From Bacteroidales bacterium (GTDB lineage Bacteria; Bacteroidota; Bacteroidia; Bacteroidales; UBA7960), in assembly GCA_012521995.1 (NCBI GenBank), contig JAAYLH010000088.1, positions 565 through 64,564 on the forward strand: a stretch of 64,000 nucleotides of DNA, in the 5' to 3' direction. Made by a program: the position numbers and the translations under genes. Under the pieces are notes generated by a model. That model worked only from the letters and a program-made list of their open reading frames with translations, made no database searches and was not told where the DNA came from. Below, in pieces: positions 1 to 9,800 of the stretch (positions are counted from its first letter, which is position 1; the number at the start of each line of letters is the position of its first letter).

Positions 1-889
1 AATAGTTTATGCCTTCCAGCACATGGTGCTGAAGGTAATCCCTGAAGTCCTGTTCAAATTCAAAGGACTTGGAGTACTGGTGGTTTATTTTGGTTCCGGG
101 GATGCTTGCCTCATTGGCACTGGCTTCGTTTGACAGTGCGATGTATTTCCTTCCCGTAAGGGCAGCCGCCAGTGTAGTCATAAAGGCCAGCAATGCCGAA
201 AAAGGGGTATGGCCATTGAGGAACCCCCGGGCATTGAGTTCGAAGAGCAGGGGGTCGAGGGTACGCTTCACTTCGAGGCTGTTTTGCAGGCTGAAGCCCC
301 CTGTCTCCAGCACCTGCCGGGTTGCGCCGCGGTGGTTCATCACCAGGGGCAGGTGATCGTGGCCGAGGGCTTTCAGCAATTCGAGCGTCACCACCGAGTC
401 CTTGCCTCCCCCAACGGGGATAATGATTCCATCACCGGGGAGATCAGGGATGTATTTTTTAAAAGGCAGGGCTTCGGGAGGGTAATCAAAGGCCAGCAGC
501 TCCTCACCGGGCATTTCAATGCCGTTTGTAAAGAAGAATTCGCCCAGCCCATATCGGAAAAGCTTCTTCCACCAATGTTCCTGCCGGGCATTGAGCCGGA
601 AAGGCCTGATCAGGATGAGGGGCGAACAGAAGGCTTTCCAGTAACTGATCATTTCCACCATCCCGATGTGAAAAGCGAGGGAATCCAGGAGGCCCTCGGG
701 CAATTCGCGGAAGCGGCCCCGGTCGGGAAAAAACATGGAGGGCCGAAAGACAAGCTCGGTGTTGACTGAGAACTCAAATACCAAACGCAGGCCATCCGCC
801 GTTTTCTCTGTAAGGAAGGACTCATATACAAATTGCGGGAAAGACGCCCGCAGTTGTTTGTACCTGGCAGAATTGTCAATTTGACTCAT
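1..889 (-). CDS. PP-loop-like ATPase superfamily protein (hypothetical), C-terminal end beyond window edge
   Basis: Absent from the ORF track because it runs off the window edge. The reverse-complement frame from ATG (comp. 887-889) stays open to position 1: MSQIDNSARYKQLRASFPQFVYESF...DLPGDGIIIPVGGGKDSVVTLELLKALGHDHLPLVMNHRGATRQVLE...NGHTPFSALLAF...YIALSNEASANE. GGGKDS resembles the SGGxDS PP-loop. Confidence 0.55.
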   Translation of the reverse strand, partial: MSQIDNSARYKQLRASFPQFVYESFLTEKTADGLRLVFEFSVNTELVFRPSMFFPDRGRFRELPEGLLDSLAFHIGMVEMISYWKAFCSPLILIRPFRLNARQEHWWKKLFRYGLGEFFFTNGIEMPGEELLAFDYPPEALPFKKYIPDLPGDGIIIPVGGGKDSVVTLELLKALGHDHLPLVMNHRGATRQVLETGGFSLQNSLEVKRTLDPLLFELNARGFLNGHTPFSALLAFMTTLAAALTGRKYIALSNEASANEASIPGTKINHQYSKSFEFEQDFRDYLQHHVLEGINY

Positions 890-998
890 TTGAACAATGG
901 CAAGAAATTTGTTGTTGTACTGGTGAATCCGGATCCAAAAGTAATAAAAACGTTTTAAGGGTCTGGTAATTCAGAATAAAAGTAATAACTTTCTACCC

Positions 999-1565
999 AT
1001 GAACACAAGCAAGGCTAATCCTGCACGGGGAAAGCTGCTGATCAGCGAACCAGCACTGCGCGACTTCTATTTCAGTCGCAGTGTAGTATTGTTGGCTGAA
1101 CACAGTGATGAAGAAGGCAGCGTAGGCCTGATCCTCAATAAGCCCATCAACCTGAAGTTAAAAGATGTGGTAAAGGAATTTCCCAACAACGAATACCCGC
1201 TATACCTGGGCGGCCCCGTTCATCCCGACCGTCTTTTTTATCTGCATACCCTTGGTGAGCGTATTCCCGGGAGCATGGAGCTCATTCCGGGTCTTTTTTG
1301 GGGAGGCGAGATTGAAAAGCTGATGGAGCTGGTTGACCTGAATCTGGTTAGCTCTGAAGAGGTGCGTTTCTTTATCGGCTATTCAGGCTGGGAGCCCAAA
1401 CAACTGGACCGTGAGCTCGAGGAAGATTCGTGGATCGTCACCCAGTGCTCACTCGATACCGTTATGAGGGACAGCCCGGAAAGGCTTTGGAGCAGCATCC
1501 TTAAGGAGCTGGGCGATGACTACGCCATCTGGGCCAATTACCCTGCAGACCCCATCCTCAACTGA
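999..1565 (+). CDS. YqgE/AlgH family protein (UPF0301)
   Basis: 188 aa. GKLLISEP...FSRSVVLLAEHSDEGSVGLILNKP...LYLGGPV...FIGYSGW matches the YqgE/AlgH signature as I recall it. Confidence 0.85.
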   Translation: MNTSKANPARGKLLISEPALRDFYFSRSVVLLAEHSDEEGSVGLILNKPINLKLKDVVKEFPNNEYPLYLGGPVHPDRLFYLHTLGERIPGSMELIPGLFWGGEIEKLMELVDLNLVSSEEVRFFIGYSGWEPKQLDRELEEDSWIVTQCSLDTVMRDSPERLWSSILKELGDDYAIWANYPADPILN

Positions 1566-1629
1566 GATCAGGAATAAAAAAGCGGGGGGCAAACAAAAAG
1601 CAGCAAAAAGTATAACCTGATTCTTTGCT

Positions 1630-2196
1630 ATGCTACGAATTTTCTTTGCCTTGCTGATCAGCGGCTTTATGCTTCCTCCCTTTTTTCACCCGGGGCAGGG
1701 GGGAGAAAATACTCCTGAATTCCCATTGGCAGACTCGACATACCTTTCGGTCATGGCACGTTTCTCAGGGCTGGGGGTTCCTGTCAGTTTCGAAAGCACG
1801 CCGGCCCTTTACATTGAGCTGGACCAATGGCTTGGCACCCCGCACCGTCGTGGAGGCAGGAGAGGCATTGACTGCTCGGGACTAGTAAAGATCGTTTACC
1901 GTAGTGTTTTTGGGATGGAACTTCAGGGCAGCTCACAGGACCTCTCGCGGAGGGCTGAGCCCATAGCTGTTGAGGAATTGCGGGAAGGCGACCTTGTATT
2001 TTTCCGGACGCGTCATCAAAGCCGTATTGATCATGTGGGGATATACCTGGCGGGCGGGAAGTTTATCCATACCTCATCAAGCCAGGGGGTAATTGTGAGT
2101 GGGCTTGAAGAACGCTATTATACAAGGACTTTTGTGCATGCAGGGAGACTGCCCCACCAGGCCCCAAGCCCTCCCTCAGAGGCCGAATACCAGTGA
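1630..2196 (+). CDS. NlpC/P60 (C40) family peptidoglycan peptidase
   Basis: N-terminal hydrophobic signal. Catalytic Cys context GIDCSGLV and His context IDHVGIYLAGGKFIH are typical of NlpC/P60. Confidence 0.85.
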   Translation: MLRIFFALLISGFMLPPFFHPGQGGENTPEFPLADSTYLSVMARFSGLGVPVSFESTPALYIELDQWLGTPHRRGGRRGIDCSGLVKIVYRSVFGMELQGSSQDLSRRAEPIAVEELREGDLVFFRTRHQSRIDHVGIYLAGGKFIHTSSSQGVIVSGLEERYYTRTFVHAGRLPHQAPSPPSEAEYQ

Positions 2197-2679
2197 GATC
2201 ACCTGCTCGGCTTTAACGGTTTCGCCTTTGATAATGCAACGGGCCTGCAAATACAAGGGCTCCCTCTCCTTAAGTTTTTCCTCAATGAAGCGCAGCAGGT
2301 CCTCGCCTTTGAGTTGTTCGATGAGGGGTCTTGGAATCTGTGCGTGTTTCAAACGATAAGCCAGGCTGACGGGGCTCATGCGCAGGTACACAGAGACGCC
2401 GTGCTCGTTGATAAACTGCATATTGTCGAAAAAGCAAGGGGTCCCTCCACCTGTTGCGATCACCGCTTTGTGGTGATTCACAGTCAGCCTCAAGGCCTGC
2501 TGTTCCAGTTCACGGAAGTGGCTTTCGCCAAAGCGAAGGAAGATGTCGGGAATGCTCATCCCCGAAAGGTTTTCGATCACCTGGTCAATATCCACAAAAG
2601 GGTAGCCGAGTTTTTTTGCCAGCCGCCTGCCCAGTGAGCTTTTGCCACTGCCCATGAAACCAATAAGGTAGATGCGCAT
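2176..2679 (-). CDS. aroK: shikimate kinase
   Basis: 167 aa. MRIYLIGFMGSGKSSLGRRLA Walker A motif, and ATGGG...F typical of AroK. The 3' end overlaps the convergent 1630-2196 gene by 21 bp. Confidence 0.9.
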   Translation of the reverse strand: MRIYLIGFMGSGKSSLGRRLAKKLGYPFVDIDQVIENLSGMSIPDIFLRFGESHFRELEQQALRLTVNHHKAVIATGGGTPCFFDNMQFINEHGVSVYLRMSPVSLAYRLKHAQIPRPLIEQLKGEDLLRFIEEKLKEREPLYLQARCIIKGETVKAEQVISLVFGL

Positions 2680-2773
2680 TGGTTTTTTTTATAAAATTAA
2701 GCCAAAAAGCTTAGAATTGAACATAAGGAAAATAAATTACCTTTGCATGTAAGCCTTAAAAAAGGCGTTTCCC

Positions 2774-4075
2774 ATGCGTTTTCAGCTCAACAAGTCGTTA
2801 TTTGGAGGGATCTTCACCTTATTTACGGGGACGGCAGCAGCCCAGCTGATTGCCATCCTGTTGCAGCCATTTTTGCGTCGGATGTTCCTGCCGGAAGATT
2901 TCGGGGCATATTCTGTTTACCTGAGCCTGGTGAGCATCCTGGTCACTTTATCCACCCTGAGGTATGAGCCAGCCATTGTTCAGCCAGAAAAGAAAGGCGA
3001 TGCGGTTAACCTGTTTTTTCTAGCCTTCTATTTCAATCTGATTTTCAGTTTTTTCCTTATGCTGATAATAGGTTTCTTCAGGAATCCCCTGGCGAGTTTT
3101 TTGAATATCAGCCGGGCACAAGCATGGTGGCTGGTTTTTCTCCCTGCGAGTGTTTTTATGCTGGGCACCTACCAGACGATGAATTATTACCTGATCCGCA
3201 AGAAGCGTTTTAAGGCCATTTCGCTGAACAAAGGAGCGCGAAGGCTGACGGAAGGGGGCGTACAGCTAGGCCTTGGTGCTTTGGGCCGGCCTGCAGGGCT
3301 GGTGCTTGGAGATGTAGCGGGGCATGTAGCCAATGTGACCAGCGGGCTATTCCAATTGAAGGAAGCGGGGTTTAAGGCAGGCCTGCATTCTTTTCCTCTT
3401 CAGAGAAGGCTCATGAGGCAATACTCCGATTATCCGCTGTACAGTATGTTGCCGATGGCGCTAAATACTTTCTGCCTGATGATCCCTGCTGTGTTCATCA
3501 ATAAGTTTTACAGCCAGGAGGTAGCCGGATATTTTGACTTGACACGCCTGGTCCTGGTGGTTCCCAGCGCCCTGCTCACCATGAGCGTAGGGCAGGTATT
3601 CCTGCAGGAAGTGTCGGAGAAAAAGCGGAAAGGCGCTTCGTTTTTTGGGGAGTACAAGCAATTGTTGGGTGTGTTAAGCCTGCTAGGCTTGATATTTGCT
3701 TTGGTAATGACATTGCTGGGTCCCTGGATGCTGGGCATTTATGCAGGTGCGCCCTACCAGGAGTCGGGCCGTTATGGGCAGATCCTTGTATGGGGTACCC
3801 TGGCGCGAGTGGCTGTTTCACCATTGACGATGGTGTATGTAGGGCTGCGTAAGCTCAAGGCACAAGCCGCCTGGCAAATCACCTATTTCGCACTGGTTTG
3901 CTCGCTTGTATTCTTCCGAAACCTGCCTGTCAGGCAATTCATCCTGATCCTAACGGGGGTGGAAGTGTTGGCCTATGGCATCAATCTGGTTCTGATCCAC
4001 GGGATCGTAAAGCAATATCACCAGGAGATTCCGAAAGGTGAAAGCGGGGAAGGGCAGGCAAGTCAAGAACAATAA
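2774..4075 (+). CDS. oligosaccharide/polysaccharide flippase (Wzx/MOP-type) family protein
   Basis: 433 aa and polytopic hydrophobic throughout. The N-terminus (GGIFTLFTGTAAAQLIAILLQPFLRRMF.PEDFG.YS) resembles polysaccharide biosynthesis flippases. It lies next to wecB. Confidence 0.7.
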   Translation: MRFQLNKSLFGGIFTLFTGTAAAQLIAILLQPFLRRMFLPEDFGAYSVYLSLVSILVTLSTLRYEPAIVQPEKKGDAVNLFFLAFYFNLIFSFFLMLIIGFFRNPLASFLNISRAQAWWLVFLPASVFMLGTYQTMNYYLIRKKRFKAISLNKGARRLTEGGVQLGLGALGRPAGLVLGDVAGHVANVTSGLFQLKEAGFKAGLHSFPLQRRLMRQYSDYPLYSMLPMALNTFCLMIPAVFINKFYSQEVAGYFDLTRLVLVVPSALLTMSVGQVFLQEVSEKKRKGASFFGEYKQLLGVLSLLGLIFALVMTLLGPWMLGIYAGAPYQESGRYGQILVWGTLARVAVSPLTMVYVGLRKLKAQAAWQITYFALVCSLVFFRNLPVRQFILILTGVEVLAYGINLVLIHGIVKQYHQEIPKGESGEGQASQEQ

Positions 4076-4118
4076 GACGCATATCGGGAGGCAAGAACAA
4101 TAAGGAAAGGAATAGAAA

Positions 4119-5198
4119 ATGAAGAAGATCCTCAGCATTATCGGGGCTCGTCCCCAGTTCATCAAGGCGGCGGCGGTAAGCCGTGAAATAGGCCGAAGGA
4201 AGGGTCTCACGGAAGTGATCATCCACACGGGACAGCATTTTGACCACAACATGAGCCAGGTGTTCTTCGAACAGATGCAGATACCTGAGCCTGTTTATAA
4301 CCTGGGGATCCACAGCCTTCCCCACGGGGCCATGACGGGCCGAATGCTGGAGCGGGCCGAGGAGGTGATGCTCAAGGAAGACCCGGATTGGGTCATGGTT
4401 TACGGGGATACCAATTCGACCCTTGCAGGCGCCCTGGCGGCCAAAAAGATCGGGCTTCCCGTTGCTCATGTAGAGGCAGGCCTGCGCTCGTTCAATATGA
4501 CGATGCCTGAGGAGATCAACCGGATCCTCACCGACCGGATTGCCGACCTGCTGTTCTGCCCCACACAGACAGCCCTTGATAACCTGGAGCGGGAAGGCTT
4601 CGATCACTTCGACAAGAGGGTATTGCTGACGGGTGATGTGATGTATGATGCTTACCTGCATTTTTCAGATCTACGAAAAGCCCCAACAGGCCTTAAGCTG
4701 CCAGATAAGTTTGGGTTGGTCACCTTGCACCGTGCAGAAAACACAGACCAACCCGAGACCCTGAAGCAAATAGTGGAAGCCCTGAATGAGATTGCTGAAG
4801 AGCTCCCCTTGGTGCTGCCCATCCACCCCCGTACTTTCAAGGTGATCAATCATTCGAAACTTCCTGCCATGAGCAACAAGATATTGGTGATTGAGCCCAT
4901 GAGCTATCTCGAAGTGCTTTACCTCCTTGAGAAATGCTTCCTGGTCCTTACCGACAGCGGCGGATTGCAAAAGGAAGCCTATTTTGCTGAGCGCCCCTGC
5001 ATCACCCTGCGCACTGAAACGGAATGGACAGAGCTGGCGGAGGCGGGATACAACCAGGTGGCAGGTACGCGCAAGGAAGCAATCATAAAGGCCTTCAGGG
5101 GATTTGTAAGAAAAAAGCCGGAGTTCACATCAGGGCTTTATGGCATAGGAAATGCCGCAAAAATGATTGCCGACGCCTTTCTTCAACCCGAATTATAA
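4119..5198 (+). CDS. wecB: UDP-N-acetylglucosamine 2-epimerase (non-hydrolysing)
   Basis: MKKILSIIGARPQFIKAAAV...HTGQHFD.NMS.VFF...VYGDTNSTLAGALAA...AHVEAGLRSFN..MPEEINR...TDSGGLQKEA are classic WecB/MnaA motifs. Confidence 0.9.
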   Translation: MKKILSIIGARPQFIKAAAVSREIGRRKGLTEVIIHTGQHFDHNMSQVFFEQMQIPEPVYNLGIHSLPHGAMTGRMLERAEEVMLKEDPDWVMVYGDTNSTLAGALAAKKIGLPVAHVEAGLRSFNMTMPEEINRILTDRIADLLFCPTQTALDNLEREGFDHFDKRVLLTGDVMYDAYLHFSDLRKAPTGLKLPDKFGLVTLHRAENTDQPETLKQIVEALNEIAEELPLVLPIHPRTFKVINHSKLPAMSNKILVIEPMSYLEVLYLLEKCFLVLTDSGGLQKEAYFAERPCITLRTETEWTELAEAGYNQVAGTRKEAIIKAFRGFVRKKPEFTSGLYGIGNAAKMIADAFLQPEL

Positions 5199-5242
5199 AA
5201 AAAGGGGACTGCAAGGCCCCCCTAATAAATCAAACGCAACAA

Positions 5243-6586
5243 TTAAACAAAACCCTGAGCCATCATGGCATCGGCTACTTTAACAAAGCCTCCGATGTTG
5301 GCTCCCTTGACGTAATTGACGAAGCCGTCCTCTTCCTTGCCAAACTGCAGGCAGGTTTTGTGGATGTTGATCATAATGTTGTGCAGACGTTGGTCTACTT
5401 CTTCACGTGTCCAGGAAAGGCGCAGGGCATTTTGGCTCATCTCAAGCCCTGAGGTGGACACTCCGCCGGCATTTGCGGCTTTTCCGGGGCCATAAAGGAT
5501 CTTGTTGTTCAGGAACACCTCCACGGCATCCGGGGTGGATGGCATATTGGCACCCTCAGAAACACAGATGCAGCCATTTTTCACCAGTGCTGTGGCTTCT
5601 TCATCATTCAGCTCATTTTCCGTTGCACAGGGAAAAGCAAGGTCTACAACCTCAAACCAGGGGCGGGAGGTTCCTTCCACATATTTGCAGCCGTACTGAT
5701 CGGCATATTCGCGGATGCGTCCACGCTTCACATTTTTAAGATGCTGGATGAAGGCCAGTTTTTCGGCATCAATGCCATCCTTGTCGAAGATGTAACCGTT
5801 GGAATCGGAAAGGGTGACGACTTTTGCACCGAGCTCAATGAGTTTCTGGGTTGCATACTGGGCCACATTGCCCGAACCGCTAACCGCAGCCACCTTTCCC
5901 TTCAGGCCTTCGTTGATTGTACCCAACATTTCCTGGGCAAAATAAACGCTGCCGTAGCCTGTTGCCTCGGGGCGGATGAGACTCCCGCCATATTCAATGC
6001 CCTTGCCGGTCAATACGCCAGAGAATTCGTTTCTCAGCCTTTTATACTGGCCAAACAGAAACCCGATCTCGCGTCCGCCCACGCCAATATCGCCTGCGGG
6101 AACGTCGGTGTCGGGACCGATGTGACGGAACAACTCGGTCATAAAACTCTGGCAGAAACGCATGACCTCATTGTCGGTTTTCCCTTTGGGGTCGAAGTCA
6201 CTGCCGCCTTTACCCCCACCCATGGGAAGGGAGGTAAGGCTGTTCTTGAAGACCTGCTCAAAGGCCAGGAACTTCAGGATTCCCAGGTTAACCGTAGGGT
6301 GGAATCTCAGGCCGCCCTTATAGGGGCCGATGGCGCTGTTCATCTCAATGCGGAAGCCACGGTTGATCTGCACCTCGCCTTTGTCGTCAATCCAGGGCAC
6401 CCGAAAGATAATGGTCCGTTCGGGTTCAATCATTCGTTCGAAAACCTTAGCTGCCCTGTATTTGGGGTTTTCATCAAGGAAGGGGAATATGGTTTCGGCC
6501 ACCTCCTGCACCGCCTGGTGGAATTCCGGCTCAGAAGGGTTCTTGGCAACCACATAATCCATGAATTTTTTCAGTTGTGCATCCAT
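5243..6586 (-). CDS. gdhA: glutamate dehydrogenase, NADP-type dinucleotide fingerprint
   Basis: 447 aa. GPYKGGLRFHP and PMGGGKGGSDFDPKGK are the hexameric GDH signature. The Rossmann region VSGSGNVAQYA...LSDSNGYI resembles E. coli GdhA. Confidence 0.93.
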   Translation of the reverse strand: MDAQLKKFMDYVVAKNPSEPEFHQAVQEVAETIFPFLDENPKYRAAKVFERMIEPERTIIFRVPWIDDKGEVQINRGFRIEMNSAIGPYKGGLRFHPTVNLGILKFLAFEQVFKNSLTSLPMGGGKGGSDFDPKGKTDNEVMRFCQSFMTELFRHIGPDTDVPAGDIGVGGREIGFLFGQYKRLRNEFSGVLTGKGIEYGGSLIRPEATGYGSVYFAQEMLGTINEGLKGKVAAVSGSGNVAQYATQKLIELGAKVVTLSDSNGYIFDKDGIDAEKLAFIQHLKNVKRGRIREYADQYGCKYVEGTSRPWFEVVDLAFPCATENELNDEEATALVKNGCICVSEGANMPSTPDAVEVFLNNKILYGPGKAANAGGVSTSGLEMSQNALRLSWTREEVDQRLHNIMINIHKTCLQFGKEEDGFVNYVKGANIGGFVKVADAMMAQGFV

Positions 6587-6899
6587 AATTGTAGGTTTTG
6601 GTGTGAAGAAATGGGGTGAATGGGTTTACAAAACAATTTTAGGAAGTTTCTGCCCCCATATGGATTTTTTTTAAAAACATATTTTTTTTATATTTTTCTT
6701 GCATATTTCAAAAAAAATCATATAACTCCTTTCAAATTGAAAAGAAACCGGTGCAAGTAGAAAAAATAAAGCCTATTATGTGTACCTTCATAAGGCTAAA
6801 AAAACAGTAGAAATAACTGGTTGTAACCATCATTATTATTATTTTCATAGTCATTTTTGGCGATTGGGAAAGGCAGGATCATAGCAGCCCGAAAGCACA

Positions 6900-9800
6900 A
6901 TGGTCACCCAGGAATGCGGCATGGAAAAAGGTGATGATTTGCGAAACGTGAATGAGCCCGGTTTCTTCAGCCAGGCAGGCAGTGAGCCACCCCTCCAGGT
7001 GAGTCATGAGGAGATTCTGCGCCTGCTTGCCGAAAAACGGGAGCGTTTAAAGGAGTTGGGAGCCATCAACCAGACGGTAAGCATCCTCAGAGAAGAGAAG
7101 TCCATTGGGGCGATACTGGCAGATATAGCAAAAATGCTCCCAACGGCCTGGCAGTATCCTGATGACGCTGTATCGCGCATCAAGTACGGCAAGGAGACCT
7201 ACATCAGCAGCAACCGTTTCAGGGAAAGCCGCTGGTGGCAGCGGAAAACCTTTGAAACCATTGACGGGCGTGAGGGATTGGTTGAGGTATTTTATCTGAG
7301 CGAGCATCCCCAGGCTGATGAAGGGCCTTTCCTGATGGAAGAGCGCCAACTGCTTGCCAACATCACCAACCTGATCACCGGCCACCTGAACACCAGCATT
7401 GGCAAAAGCCTCCTGAAAAAAAACATCAGGGAACAACAGAATGCCACTCAGACCAAGCAGGAACAAGAACACGCCGCCCAGAACAGGCACCTGTTGCAAA
7501 GGTTCCTGATAAAGCATAACTCTGACAGGGATATCTATCACGATCTGATGCAGTACAAAGTGCGGGAAATCCTGCTGGTAGCCAACCTGTACGATGCTTA
7601 CAACATTGAACAGGAAGGCCGCTTTTTCGAGCAGGTCACGGGGGAGTATTACCAGCTAAACCTCTCCTCTGCCCCCCGGATCACCGGGGTTAGCACCCCT
7701 GAAGAAGCCCTGGAAAAGCTGCAGGAAAAACACTTCGACCTGGTGATCGTCATGATGGGGGTTGAAAAATCCACGCCAATCCAGTTAAGCCGCATCATCA
7801 AACAAATATACCCGTCCGTACCCATCTTCCTGCTGCTGAACAACAACAGCGATATTGCCATGTTTGAGGATGGCAACAAGCAGATCGCTCCCATAGATAA
7901 GATCTTTGTCTGGAACGGTGATTCAAAGGTCTTTCTGGCGATGGTGAAATACAACGAGGACCGCTATAACGTAGAAAGCGACATCCGCATCGGTATGGTT
8001 CGGGTGATCTTGCTTGTTGAGGATTCTGCCAGGTATTATTCAAGGTACTTGCCTATTCTCTATTCCATAGTAATTGAACAAACCCAGCAACTCATTGAGG
8101 AAGTAAATACCGACGAGCTCTATAAATTGTTGAAGATGCGCGTCAGGCCCAAAATACTGCTGGCATCCAATTACAAGGAGGCCGTGCAGCTGTTCAACAA
8201 ATACCAGGACAACCTGCTGTGCATCATTTCGGATGCCAAGTTTGAAAAGGATGACCAGCTGGATGACTCGGCAGGGGTCAGCCTGATCAGATATGCCAGG
8301 GAGCGTATCCCTGACCTGCCAACGGTATTGCAGTCGTCGGACCCTGACAACGCCCAAAAAGCCTATGAGCTCAAATCGACCTTCATCAACAAGAACTCGG
8401 AAAACCTGAAGCAGGACCTTCAGAGTTTCATCAACTATTACCTGGGATTTGGAAACTTTGTCTATAAGGATGAGGAAGGCCGCAAGGATATTGCCATTGC
8501 CAGGTCGATGAAAGAATTCCAGAATCATTTGCGTACCATCCCCGAAAAGTCGCTGATCTACCATGCCCGTAAAAATCATTTCTCACACTGGCTGATGGCC
8601 CGCGGAGAGATACAGATCGCCAAGCGCATCAAACCTCTGCGCGTCGATGACTTTCAGTCGCCGGGAAGCCTGAGGGAGTTCTTGCTAAACATCATTGAAG
8701 AGTGTATCCGCGATAAGCAGAAGGGGAAAGTGATCAATTTTGAAGAATCAGCCCTCCTTGATGAGACCAACATTGTAAGCATGGCTTCGGGCTCCCTTGG
8801 GGGCAAGGGCCGGGGACTTGCTTTCATCAACATGATCATCAACAACTTCAATTTTTCGGAACTGGTGCCTGACATACGCATCCTTACCCCGCGTACTTCC
8901 ATCATCGGGACTGAAGAATTTGAGCGTTTTCTACAGAACAACCATATTTCAGAAAAAGTCAACGTCAACACGGAATATGAGACGCTAAAGGAAGTTTTTA
9001 TGTCGGGACGCCTAACTGACGCCCTGCAGCGGAGGCTCAGGACCTACCTGTCTATTATTCACCGCCCCCTTGCCATACGGTCTTCCAGCCTTTTTGAGGA
9101 TTCGCTGATGCAACCTTTCGCAGGCATTTTCGACACTTTCCTGTTGCCCAACAACCACCCTGACATTAAGGTACGGCTCGAGCAGGTGATGAACGCCATC
9201 AAGCTGGTATTCGCCTCCATCTATTCCCCCACGGCCTCTGCTTATTTCCAGGCTGTAAATTATAAGATAGAGGAAGAGAAAATGGGGGTTATCATACAGG
9301 AGGTGGTGGGCAATGAGTACAATGGTTGTTTCTACCCCCACATCAGCGGGGTGGCCCAATCGTATAACTTCTACCCTTTTTCGTATATGCAGCCTGATGA
9401 GGGATTTGCAGTGGCCGCTGTAGGATTGGGCAAATATGTCGTGGAAGGCGAAAAGACATACCGCTTCTCTCCGGTGCACCCCCAGCTTGAGATATACACC
9501 CCGCGCGACCTGTTCAAGAATTCACAGGTGCATTTTTATGCCATCGATATGAGGAAGCAGGACATCAACCTGTTGGAGGGGGAAGATGCAGGGCTGGTCA
9601 AGATCGAAATTGACAAGGCCGAAATGCACGGGACCCTGAAACACTGTGCCTCGGTATACGACATCTCGAATGAGCGCACCATCCCCGGAATCACCCAGCC
9701 GGGGCCCAGGGTGATCAATTTTGCCAACATTCTGAAATACGCCTATATCCCCCTTGCCAAAACCATACAGGTCATCCTCGACATCGTGTCTGAGTCTATG

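Noticed and set aside
209-769. 186-aa plus-strand ORF from the track.
   Set aside because: It lies entirely antisense to a longer open minus-strand frame that carries a PP-loop-like motif. It has no recognisable motif and is treated as a shadow ORF.
5741-6619. Long antisense ORFs nested inside well-supported genes: 5741-6619, 9522-10256, 23816-24496, 34692-35309, 38575-39372, 39403-40233, 50826-51575, 56587-57333 and others.
   Set aside because: Each is fully contained in, and antisense to, a gene with strong family motifs (gdhA, the ATP-grasp protein, rny, serpin, glnS, hcp, serine hydrolase). Their sequences are compositionally skewed (G/H/V/L-rich) and motif-free. This is the expected result of codon bias on the opposite strand.
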